Positions 22,904-35,466 of a DNA stretch of 59,965 bases are shown in pieces. This stretch comes from Octopus bimaculoides (taxonomy: Eukaryota), in NCBI RefSeq assembly GCF_001194135.2, contig NC_068998.1, positions 25,785,759-25,845,723 on the forward strand, read 5' to 3'. The notes under the pieces were generated by a model. The model did no database searches. It worked only from the letters and a program-made list of their open reading frames with translations, and was not told where the DNA came from. The position numbers and the translations under genes are program-made. The first letter of the stretch is position 1. Each line of letters opens with the position of its first letter.

Positions 22904-23716
22904 NNNNNNNNNNNNNNNNNNNNNNNNNNNNNNNNNNNNNNNNNNNNNNNNNNNNNNNNNNNNNNNNNNNNNNNNNNNNNNNNNNNNNNNNNNNNNNNNN
23001 NNNNNNNNNNNNNNNNNNNNNNNNNNNNNNNNNNNNNNNNNNNNNNNNNNNNNNNNNNNNNNNNNNNNNNNNNNNNNNNNNNNNNNNNNNNNNNNNNNNN
23101 NNNNNNNNNNNNNNNNNNNNNNNNNNNNNNNNNNNNNNNNNNNNNNNNNNNNNNNNNNNNNNNNNNNNNNNNNNNNNNNNNNNNNNNNNNNNNNNNNNNN
23201 NNNNNNNNNNNNNNNNNNNNNNNNNNNNNNNNNNNNNNNNNNNNNNNNNNNNNNNNNNNNNNNNNNNNNNNNNNNNNNNNNNNNNNNNNNNNNNNNNNNN
23301 NNNNNNNNNNNNNNNNNNNNNNNNNNNNNNNNNNNNNNNNNNNNNNNNNNNNNNNNNNNNNNNNNNNNNNNNNNNNNNNNNNNNNNNNNNNNNNNNNNNN
23401 NNNNNNNNNNNNNNNNNNNNNNNNNNNNNNNNNNNNNNNNNNNNNNNNNNNNNNNNNNNNNNNNNNNNNNNNNNNNNNNNNNNNNNNNNNNNNNNNNNNN
23501 NNNNNNNNNNNNNNNNNNNNNNNNNNNNNNNNNNNNNNNNNNNNNNNNNNNNNNNNNNNNNNNNNNNNNNNNNNNNNNNNNNNNNNNNNNNNNNNNNNNN
23601 NNNNNNNNNNNNNNNNNNNNNNNNNNNNNNNNNNNNNNNNNNNNNNNNNNNNNNNNNNNNNNNNNNNNNNNNNNNNNNNNNNNNNNNNNNNNNNNNNNNN
23701 NNNNNNNNNNNNNNNN

Positions 23717-23733
23717 GTGTGTGTGTGTGTGTA

Positions 23734-23784
<51 letters not shown>

Positions 23785-23940
23785 ATATACACCATGGGTG
23801 CTATCAGGTTCTGTCTACCAAATCCACTCACAAGGCTTTGGTCGGCCCGAGGCTATAGCAGCAGACACTTGCCCTAAGTGCCTCACAGTGGGACTGAACC
23901 CGGAACCATGTGATTAGGATGCAAGCTGCTTACCACACAC
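23717..23940 (-). mobile_element. SINE family 2, 5' half
   Basis: ctaccaaatccactcacaaggctttggtcggcccgaggctatag..ggactgaacccggaaccatgtg..cttaccacaca. Confidence 0.85.
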
Positions 23941-25781
23941 CCAATTACCTTAAACGCCACTATATTGGGCAGCTCTGAAGCTAGTATATAGCTTTTAAGC
24001 GACTGACCCCGAATGGGAAGGTCTGCAAACAGATCTCTGACTTGTTCTGGAGAATCTGTTGCATTTGCTTCCTCCAGAGTCATATCTCAATGATGATCAT
24101 ATTCGTCGCAAAAACATCACGAAAATAATTGCTGGAATCGCAATTAATTTCGATTATACGCAAAATTTATTTCCAAGTTATAAAAATTGTTATCGGACAA
24201 AAGCATTCTTCGCAACAGATCACCTAAAAAAATCGCCGAAAACAATCGCAGTAATGAAAACTTAGGAATCCAAAATTGCTGTATTGCAGGTCCGGATTCG
24301 GACCGGAATGATTTTCTAAAATTTACTCACGAAGTCGATTCGAATCCAAAATGGTATGATATGTTGGTGTATTGCATCTAGGTGTGAAGTTGAGAAAGTG
24401 TGACACACTGACATTCACATTTATTATAGTATATATATATGAATGTATACATGTTCTAATCATATGACAAGTCATGACATACACATGTGCACACACAAAC
24501 ACACATAGATATATTTTTTCAGCTAATTGACGATTTATTCTAGTATTTCTTGAAATTTCACTCCTTGTAAGTTTACATGCAGTCACTAACGAAACCTATA
24601 GAGAATTGTAGATTATTGTGTCCAGCAAACGCCAGCTGCATCGATAGATGTAGGCTGAAATTCTTAACGCTTGTTTGAAGATGCATGTTTGAAATTTTGT
24701 GAACAAATATTGAATGGATTAAGGGATGCGACTGGTACCAACCATGATAAACTATATTTTGTAATATTGTACTGTTTTCCTTTTTCGAGACCACGTGGTG
24801 TTTGTAGGATGAAAAGGTGAGAAGGTCGAGAAGGCTAAGACGAAGGACGACGTCGATGGCGATCATAACGGTGACAACGGCGCCGGTGGTCATGGTAGTG
24901 GTTTCGTGCTTGGATGGGGATGAAATTATTCAACATGTAAAGGCAATAGAGTATGTAATGACAGAAATACAAAATGGAGAAAAGGTTAATAATGACGAAG
25001 AAGAAACATATAGTTGACTTCTTTGAAACCGAAAGAGATAAGATAGAGTAGAGGAGAAGGGAACGGAAATGACGAATTAAAGGCCAGTAGATATCATATT
25101 TCGCCTACAATTTAGGTGAAATATGATAGGCCCTAAACCATTTTATGGCCTTTAAATTTGTCGTTCCACTGCGTTGAGCAAATATATATCATGCACCGAG
25201 ACACAAGAATGTTTTTTCTTCTTTCTTTACTCTATCAATAACAACATTGGAAAAGCAATGTTTGCTCAGTGAGCAATGAAAAACTAGCATCTAACCGCAG
25301 CCTGGATACTTCACACTCTCGCTATCATTTTTTTCTTCCTCTTTCTCGCTTCTATCTCTCCATTCTCAATCTTAATGACTCATTCAGGAGACAGAGAGAG
25401 GAATAAGCCAAGAATCCTAGTAAAACATATGTATGCACTTTCGGGATTATAGTATGTCAACTCTAATGCCATTCCTGTGCGGTTTATGTTGTTTAGATTT
25501 ATAGTAAGGTGGTATAACTAATATAACTAAGTAAGGTGACATAACTAATATTAATGTCTCTGGTAGTGTCAACAATATCTGGACAGTAAATTATAATTGC
25601 ACAATTCTTATTAGTCAACATGTCACGACGCCAAGACACACTAAATTCTAAATTGAACATCTGCATGTTGTTCTGTATTAATATTGTTGTCGTATGCTAT
25701 ACACATTCACAAAAACACACCAGACATTACTGGTTACACACACATAGATACAAATACGAACCCATACACGCGTATGTATGT

Positions 25782-25813
<32 letters not shown>

Positions 25814-25814
<1 letters not shown>

Positions 25815-27435
25815 GGCAAATAAAACAATGGAGAGGATATAGAATCGACAAACTTCAGCCAGTAAGCATTCCATTGTATCTACTTATTAAATGATAACAA
25901 ACATGTGTTTAAGTGGTACAAGTAAACGAATGAGATCATCCAATAAATACGTAAACAGATATACATAGAGAGATGAATGAATAATGATAGATGAGTGTAC
26001 AGATAGAAATCATTTACCATGAGGCCTCAGAATCTTCCAAGTCACCTTCATCACGTCATTGATGTACAAAGATGAACAAACGTTGGATAGAGATTGGGTA
26101 ATGGTTGAGCCTCAAGGATTCTTTAGAGAATACAAATGTTAGGAATCTAACGTGTCGGAAATTCAGTTAGAATAATAGAGTAGCGTAAATAGGATAAGAT
26201 AGAGTAGGGTAAATAGGATAAGATAGAGTAAAATAGGTAAAGCTAAAAGATAATGTAATGTAATAAACATGGTAAGGAAAAGTAAGAACTTCATTTCAAG
26301 GTGTTATTTTAATCCATGGTATTCTATCCTGTGGTAAGTAAAGTCACTCTCAGGAAATATATCCGTAGGCTGCGGTTTACATCGTGTTTCCATTATGCTG
26401 AGTGAAATAGTGAAGGTAGTATGCTATGTGGTGGGTATAATGGTATGCTCCATGCTTTCTTATAAGTATCTCTATTCTTAATTTATTTTATTCTTTTGCT
26501 TTTTGGCCTTGCAATTTATTGATAGTCGTAACGGACCTGAACAGCAACATTGTTTTTAAATGTTAGCTGACCAATTAGGTTGTAGGATTGACTTTGACCT
26601 CACCTCACTACGCATAGGGGTATTAGTATTAGTTTTCGGCCAATAAGTAACAAATATAAATATCGCACAAAAGTTTTACACAGTTTTTCTTTCATTAGTG
26701 AACTTAGGTATCAATTTTTCTCTAAGAGGTTCAATTTAATTTCTTTCGGCCAACTCCTTTAATATTGCAATATCTATTAAATAGCGTTTAGCCTCTAACC
26801 TCTGACCCCTGTAGCATGGACCATATTACTATACTCACCACATAGCATACTACCTTCCCTGTTTCCCTCAGTATAAAGGAAACAAGATGTAAACCGCAGC
26901 CTACGAATATATCTCCTGAGAGTGACTATACTTACCGCAGGACGGAATACCATGGATTATAACAACACCTTAAAATGAAGTTCTTACTTTTCTTTACCAT
27001 GTGAATTACATTACATTACATTACTTTTTATTTTTACCTATTTTACTCTATCTTATTTACCCAACTCTATTATTCTAACTGAATTTCCCACATGTTAGTT
27101 TCCTAACATTTGTACTCTCTGAAGAAACCTTGAAGCTCAAACATTACCCAGTCTCTGTCCAATGTGTGTTCATCCCTGTACATCACTGACATGATGAGGG
27201 TGACTTGAAAGATTCTGAGGCTTCATGGTAGGAGCCGCTGTAAGTGATATGTATCTGTACACTCATCTATTAATATCTCTATCTATACATCTGTTTACAT
27301 ATTTACTGGTTGATCTCATTCGTTTACTTGTACCACTTAAACGCATGTTTGTTATCATTTAATATATAGATATACTGGAATGTTTACTGGCTGATGTTTG
27401 TCGATTTTATATCCTCAACATTTTCTTATTTGCCT
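25814..27435. mobile_element. Long inverted repeat (arms 25814-26456 and 26813-27435, 356-bp spacer); probable third PLE family with inverted pLTR
   Basis: Arms are reverse complements along their length (e.g. aagtggtacaagtaaacgaatgagatca / tgatctcattcgtttacttgtaccactt; gtaggctgcggtttacatc / gatgtaaaccgcagcctac). The arm translates to ESDYTYRRTEYHGL*, resembling the GIY-YIG end ES.WI.RL.T..P.GLN. ctgaagaa..ctcaaac at 27119. Confidence 0.8.
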
Positions 27436-27729
27436 TAGAAATCCTGAATAAATTTCCAATTTACCACCACCCATACCTAGTATTCAATTGCAATATTGCC
27501 ATGCAATACTAAGCACTTGGTTAAAAATAAGTAGGTACACACCCAGTAGTACATTGGATATATAATATCCCTTAGATGGTTTATTAACCTCGAACTCATA
27601 CAGACATATGTGTGTGTGTGTGTGCGTTTGTGTGCGCGTGTGTGTGTGAGTGTGTGTGTATGTGTTATATGCATCGTTACATAAAATATTAGTGATCCCA
27701 AAACGGAGGTGCGCGTGCGTATGTGTGTA

Positions 27730-28060
27730 CGAGATAATCTGTGTGTTTGGATAGGAATTAGTGACTTTGACGTTTGTGGGTGTGTAAGCGTGTAAGTGTG
27801 TCTGACTGTAACGTGTGGGTATTTGGATGATGGTGTGTGGGTGATGTTATGCCTCTGATGTCTCGGAGGTGCTCCACGAATCGGTCAGCCAAGTGGCGTC
27901 CCGCTTGACCGATGTATAGAGAAGGGTAGAAAGGACAGGAGATGCAGTAAATGGCGTTGCTAGAAGTGCAGGTAAATGAGTCGGTGATATGATAGGGACG
28001 ATGATGGGTGCCTGTCAGGATGGTGTTGGAGAGGTAGGGGGTAAGTGCGGTAGCTTGGGT
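27730..28060 (-). mobile_element. PLE-A GIY-YIG fragment (second copy)
   Basis: Homologous to 18990-19150. Translates to LYIGQAGRHLADRFVEHLRDIRG. Confidence 0.85.
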
Positions 28061-28065
28061 GGGAC

Positions 28066-28345
28066 TTTTGTTCTTCTACTTGTTTCTCATTTGACTGCCA
28101 CCATGCAGGTGCACCACCTTCAGCCGAACTAATCTACCCCAGGACTAATTCTTTATAAGCCTAGTACCTATTCCATCGGTCTATTTTGCCGAACCACTGA
28201 GTTACGGGACTTAAAGACACCAACACCGGTTGTCAAAAGATAGAGCGGGGACAAAGGCAGGCACACACAAATACACCAACATATACACACACACATACAC
28301 ACACATGCACACACACACACATAAACACACACACACACACACACG

Positions 28346-28405
<60 letters not shown>

Positions 28406-28406
28406 G

Positions 28407-28457
<51 letters not shown>

Positions 28458-28525
28458 GACGGATATTTTTCAGTTTCCGTCTACCAAATCTACTCACAAG
28501 GCTATGACCGGCCTGTTTATATTAG
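28066..28525 (-). mobile_element. SINE family 2 with expanded (CA)n/(TA)n core
   Basis: Tail and middle segments match family 2; the 5' head is replaced by the Helitron end. Confidence 0.8.
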
Positions 28526-28529
28526 AAGA

Positions 28530-28990
28530 CTAGCTGTGTAGTCCGTCGTTACCGGACAATTTTCGTAATAGAATGCCTTTATTTTAATTTTCTTAATTCC
28601 TTGTGAGGAACTGTCTTCTCCAGTCGACAAGCCTCTTGACCAGGACGGATTTCTGTATTATTCAGAGCAATTTACAGTGACTCGATAAACTTTTTGCATA
28701 GATGCACAGATGTCCTTAATTCCTGCTCTTGAACATTCAATGTAAAGCTGAGCATGGGTCAATCAAGGTACTTCACGTTTTAGACCAGCAACCGAAAACG
28801 TTTGACCTTGCGATTTATTGAGGGTCATAGCAAAATTAAGATTCACTGAAAATTAAAATTGTTTAAATTGAAATTGGACATCGTCTCCTGAATCTCTGCC
28901 GAGGAGGATCTTGGGCGCTTGTCATCTAATCGATCCATCCTATGCTCTGGCAAACAGATAAAGAAATGAGATATCTTCTGTTGTTGTCAC
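28530..28990 (-). mobile_element. Helitron 3' end with Pif1-helicase C-terminal remnant
   Basis: FAMTLNKSQGQTFSVAGL....LTHAQLYIECSR. Terminal hairpin gtccg-taacga-cggac type (28541-28557) followed by CTAG|T at 28530. May extend to ~29510. Confidence 0.88.
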
Positions 28991-29727
28991 AAATTTTGGA
29001 ATTTTAGAATTAAGTGAAATTTTTCAAATTTTTTTTTATATTGATGTAACTTTTTACGCTGAATCCGATTTTGAGATTCCATAATTGCTGAATGAAAATT
29101 ATGAAAAATGCTCCAAAATTTTTCAAGTGTGATAATTTTACTCAACCAGAAATCAGGATTTGTAAGTAGTATTTTTTGCGTGATAGATATCTATCACAAA
29201 ACGAAAACAAACATTACAGCTATGAAGTTTTAAACTAACTGAAAGCAATTCATTGTCACATCAAGAGAGAGTGGGGAGCACCATGCATGAGAGACATACA
29301 TATACAGAGTGAAGAGCGGGAGAGAGAGAGATTGTGGCAGACATATATAGCGAGGGGAAGGGTAAAAGACAAAGACAGGCAGATAGACAGATATGACAGG
29401 TAGAGAGGAGATTTATCGATATAAATCACGAGTTATTTCTCTTATGAAATTATATTTTTTTAATTATTATTCGCTAAAAGCTTTCTCTTTGCAATGCATA
29501 TATACATAAACGTGTGACAGCGTGTGGACTAGGGTTAAGAACACAGTATTAGCTTATTGAGTAGATTATTTCATCTCACGGTACTCCAATCCACTCAACT
29601 ATAAAGAGATTACTCTGCAACGAGAGGACTGTTGACATGCCGACCTATCCATCGGGGTGCCATCATTCAAAGCTACAATGCCAGACGAATTGCATTGTGT
29701 CTACTGATGTATATGTGTTTTTGTGTT

Positions 29728-29766
<39 letters not shown>

Positions 29767-31059
29767 TTGTTTGTGTGGGTGTGTTGGTATGTATTTTGTG
29801 TGAGTGTGTGTGTGTAGGTTGGTGGAGAATAGTGAGAATGCGTATCCAACATCGAAGTGGACGATAAATATTCTCATTATGTTTCAGTTTTCCTATTCTA
29901 CCTTAAGTTTCTGCATGAGTGTTCTACTTCAAAATTTATAGTCATCCGTCTCCATTTTTGTGTTGGCTACGTGTGATTTCACGAGGCACCCTTTCATTAA
30001 TATGACTTCGGTAAATGTTTGTCATACTTCCCTCCACAATTAGGCTCGATAAACGTGAACCATAATAAAAATAATATCGTTATGAACCCACATAAACGCT
30101 CCCCCAAAAATCTTGTAATTCTATCTATCTATCTAGAATAAAAAGTGCTTCGTGAAAAAAACTGGCCTACAGTGTCAGTATCAATTACGTAGACGTGATC
30201 GTAAAACATGTTATAGAATGACTGGAAATGAATTGAAGGAAACATACACACAGCACTTCATTCAGAGACATGAATAAAGGAAATGCTACATATTTGTCCA
30301 TGATAGTATTGAGCCTAAAAGATAGAAATGCTGAAAAAGACATAATAAACTGACGCAATGTAGCCAAGTGACGAAACTGCAAATGAAACTTCTGTATTAG
30401 AGAAGGTAAATATCCAAACTGTAGCAGCAAATATGTTAACTATTTAAAATATTCATTGCTTACACACACAGCAGTTGAAATTGTGATATTTCAAGCACGG
30501 CATCATTTACAGCAAATCAATTATACAGCCTGGATAACGTAACCTATATTCTTTGTTACATTTACTCCCCTACTCTTCTATATTTATAACCACACTGCAT
30601 CAATGTTCTCAAGTACCTGTGCTTGAATTCAAAACTATGCATAAATATCACTGTGCATAACATTATATAAATTCGTATAAATTTATTAAATTTATAAATA
30701 TTGTAAAATTCATAAAATAATCCGTATGTACGTGCGCACGTTTTAACATAAATGTAAGTTGTATGTGTCTGTTTGTGCTCATGAATATAGAGTATATACA
30801 GAGCATTCTCTCCGCAAACTGCATAATGCATTTCCATGCATATGTGAGCATTTTTATATTAAAATACCTATAACATAATAGATCTATATTCATGTAAATT
30901 CCCATATGTTTATATAAAATTTCACCGCAAGTGTACAGTGTATAAACACATCCACGTAGTTAGCAGAAGTCAATGGAGAAATATTTCTTTCTACTCTGTT
31001 CTTAAACTCATCATGGATTCTATTTAAGCAACTGATTATGAAGCTTCTGATTGGTATTG

Positions 31060-31790
31060 TTATCTCTCAAGTGATGAACACCTCATAGGTAACAACAAAG
31101 CAGACAATTATAAATAATTGGCTGAAAGAATTCTTAATGATTTTGAAAATATAGGCACAAATATGAGCGTAAAATTATACTTCCGTCATAGCCACTTGAA
31201 CACATTTCTAGCAAGTTTTAGATATTTCTATCAGAGACAAGCAGAGAGAACCGAGAACCGATATGAAAGCAGATGGAACAGATACATGATTCCTGACTAC
31301 TGATATAAATCTTCAGTGAGAATGTACTGTGAAACCAAACAATAGAAAATCATAGAAAATCTGTGTTGTTACGGATTGATTGATATATTTTAATATAACA
31401 TAAAAATCGTGTTACAGCATTCTCTTATACACAAGTGTTGCATAAGATGCCATTAAAATTCTTGTGTTTTTATTTTTCATGATTTTACATGTTACAATGT
31501 GATGCACTTGTGGGAAAGTTACGTCACTATCTTCTAATTCTTTGTAATAAAAGTATTTTTAATGTCAAAATTTACTATGAAATAACCATATGTTTAGCAT
31601 GGAGCATAAATCATAAGAATGGGGGCTGAAATTATTAGGTGCTTCGATTACGTCAAAAACTAGATCCATTCTAGCAAATCAGATATCATTTCCAGATTCA
31701 GTAAACCATGCATAACCCTAAAATCTCACCAATAACTTTGGGAGTGATAATAGGGCTCACTCGGGGGTAAATTACTGTGAACAGAAAGTT
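31060..31790 (+). mobile_element. DNA transposon C-terminal remnant and 3' end (Chapaev/CMC-like)
   Basis: IGNNKADNY..LAERIL..F.NIGTNMSVKLYFRHSHLNTF..RYESRWNRYMIPDY resembles NMS.K.HFLHSHL.F..RYQGRW..MMADY. The superfamily label is from memory. Confidence 0.6.
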
Positions 31791-32941
31791 TGGAACTTTT
31801 ACTACTCCCTCTCCTTGAATATAAACCATAGTAGCAGTGAAGCTGCAATTATCTGAGGGTGATGAGACATCAAGGAATACTGTAAAGTGTTTGCTTAAAT
31901 GTTGTCGCTAATTATGTTTATAGGGTATAGTTAATTGGAAAATGTTAGAACTATTATATGTAATGCGACAAATAGAAACTGACATGTACCATTAACAAGA
32001 TGAAGGTACGGGTTCTACTTGAGAGATCCAGTTGAATACAACGTTGTCATTTATTTCCAGACATAGGGTCTCTACAAACGTATTACACAGTGTGTGGTTC
32101 CTCTTTCAAGACTGGAAGGTGTGATATAAAAAAGATTGGTTTTGAAGTCCAACCGTTTTAAGCGACCTTGTATCGTCCTACACATCCTTAAATTATTAGC
32201 GATGGTACACTAATAATTTAACTACATCAGAATATCTCAGGTTTCATATTCGTGTAGAAGGAAGAAAGAAAGAGGAGAGCTGTTTTATATCACCATAAAA
32301 CGAGCACATACCCCTTGCTAAAGTCAAAGTATTTAGTTATTTACTAGTCTGTAACCCATTAAATTAATCTAAAAGAGAGCAGGTTTCAAGAGTACACAAA
32401 ACATCAATAGGTTTAATGTTCGCACCAAGACAACTCTAGCATTGCACTAGCAAGAAATTACTTCATTTTGTGGCATTTAGAACCTAATGAATGAGTTAGA
32501 CCAAATTATGCTTAGCGCAATATTGAAAACAACGGGAAATATAACCATCCCATATTTCTCAATCTATTTATAAGTAAATATAGAAATAGTTTAATCGTTG
32601 TGTTTCTGTGTATGTTTTTTTTTTTTGCATGTATACGTAATATTTGAGTTGTGAGACAAATTTAAAAAGTCGAACGTCTGTGAAAGTGTTTATAAACATA
32701 TTTGGATAAAAACAGCGAAAGTTAAAAGGAATTAGTTACAGGTAGTTGATCTGCTAGAAATAAAATTTTAAAATTATTTATATCACAACATAGTGTATTA
32801 AAAAGTTACAATGATTTTCACATGTTCTACATATATTCAACTGAAGAATTCAAATGAAATGACATGCGTTGTTTTGGATTCTGTCAAATTAACCGTTTAA
32901 ATTAATGCTAAACACACACAAATGCAGACGCGCGTATATCT

Positions 32942-32987
<46 letters not shown>

Positions 32988-33058
32988 TGATTACAGTGAC
33001 CTCAGTGTGGGACTGGTACTTATTCTTTCAACCCCGAAAGAATGAAAGGCAAAGTCAA

Positions 33059-33519
33059 GGTTGTTTTGTCTCTTATTTCTGGCTATACTGGTACTCACTA
33101 GCATCCTCCGTCACTTTAGTGACGAATGTACTTGGTGCCTTCCTGTTCTAATTTGCGAATAGCCACCTTAATAATTTATAAATTTCACTTCACCCTTTTA
33201 GAAGAATCAGTCAATGTTTCTTATGGTGATCTCTATAAGGCTGACAAGGTGACTTCGGTTCTTTAACCTTCGGTGACCGAGTAATGCGTCACTGATGAAG
33301 ATTAATTAAATACGAAATCAACGCTAATCTGAGTCCATCTCGTTTGTCGTTGGGGAGGCGAACTCCCTTGTCAGTCATTTGAATATTGCTCTCACTTGGC
33401 TAAAAGTTGTTTTGACTCTTATTTCTAGCAATGCTGATGCTTACTGACACCCTCCGTCACTTTAGTAATGACTGCACTTGTTGCCTTCCGGTTCTAAGTT
33501 GCGAATAGCCACCTTAATG

Positions 33520-33521
<2 letters not shown>
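33059..33521. repeat. Direct repeat, ~115-bp units at 33059-33174 and 33406-33521 (period 346 bp)
   Basis: tcttatttct..ctccgtcactttagt..gccttcc.gttcta..ttgcgaatagccaccttaat present twice. Confidence 0.92.
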
Positions 33522-33557
<36 letters not shown>

Positions 33558-35408
33558 TCTGTATGTATGCATGCATGCATAGATGTATGTATATTATGTA
33601 GTGACAATATGATGCCACATTAATTTTCTCTTAATGAGTTCCTTAACTTTGTATCGCGTCTTCTCGTTATTTTCCACTCACACTTATTATATGTATATAT
33701 TTAAGCAAAAACATTTTTTAGCTCATTATTTTGATATTGAAGACTTATAATGTAGATAAATGATAAAATAACTAACATTAAATTCAGTTATCTTTATCTT
33801 CATCAAAATCACTCTATTTTACTATTTATTTTCCCCAGGTTAGAGCACATTTAGCATTCGATGCTGTAAAGCGACTCCATTTTAAACCTAAACAGAAACA
33901 GTGACCTATTTCTCAGTAATGCCTATAAATAGCGATTGCTTTTGGATTTTTTTTTTCTTTTTGATATAATTCAAACTGGTCTACTTTTCTCATCTTAGCT
34001 TAAGAATGGGTTACTTATAATAGTGTATCAAAAACATATTTGTTTTGTCTGGAACTTTTTCTATAATCAGCCTCCCATTTAGGGCTGTTCTATGTTCTTT
34101 ATATATTTTCTTTATGGTAATTCATTACATCGTTTTAATCTGTATGCGTCCTTTTACCGATCAAATCTTCTAGAAGTAGTACATAGCAATTTCCCATCCA
34201 CATAGTCGATATTCATCCATCCAGTTATAATTTCCTGTCATCCTAGTCAAATCTTCTGGAGATCATTTTCGAACCACATTTAAGCCAGATTATAGAGGTA
34301 AAGAAAGCAATTTTCTATGGCATCTCTCTATAGCAAGCAGTCATATTTCGAGCTCGCGATTCAAAATGTCTAAGTACCTACCTATTTTATTCATTTCTAT
34401 TCTTTTTTTGTTTATCAAAATGTTACAGATGATTATTTTATATTTAGCCCAATAACATGTCTTCTGAATATTACATTTCATCTTGTGATTTTAAAATATA
34501 TTCTCCCTACACTTCATACGTTTCTACGATTTCAAATATTATTCAGATATCAAATCTCACACGAAAAGCTTTAACTGAAACGTATAAACAACTTTTATCT
34601 TTGCTTCAAACAGGGAAGATAAGAAAGCAGGCACCATTTCATATGGCTCAATATCAATATATCCAACATTTACATGATTGTTCTATAGAGCAAGTTCACC
34701 TAGATCAATCAACAGTTGTAAATATGCCTATATCAAGAAGCTGAGTAAATAATTTCCTTATTCATAACGCTGTGAAAAACATGAGCAACACTGTTTTTCT
34801 GCATGCAGTACACATATACTGCCATAAATTATAAGCGCAATTTTTGCATCAATGCAGCATTGCGGTAAATGCAGTTTTCACAAACTGACACTACATTTCC
34901 TGTTTATTCTGGTGACATTTTCTAAATTCACATTATCTATTCTAAGATGGTATCGGTTTCTGTTGTTGATGCTAAGTGCTAACTGTCAGAAGCAGCATTC
35001 GCTTGAAATGATCGATTCCATGCATAGTTCGATTTAGGAACTATTCGTAGCACAAAGCAGAGCGCTCGTCACCTAACAAGTCAACTTCCTGTAAAACGAC
35101 TCAGCAATGCTGATACCGAAATCTTCTCCCCGTTACCACATACATGACTTTAAAATTGATCAATATGGATAGTTCAAAAGTACAGAAGTACAGAAATATA
35201 CATATTCAATGCATTTGTCGTTGGTATGTTCGCGTTTCTATTTTGATAGACTGTGTTAGGGTTACGATATGTTCTTATTTCCTGTTAAAAGTACCTGTAT
35301 CCAGTGTCTAGATTAATAATTGTTAAAGGAACTTGACTTTCCACCTAAATATTTTATACTGACGTTAATCAGTATTATGAAAATTATTTGAATAACTTCG
35401 TGTATATG

Positions 35409-35466
<58 letters not shown>

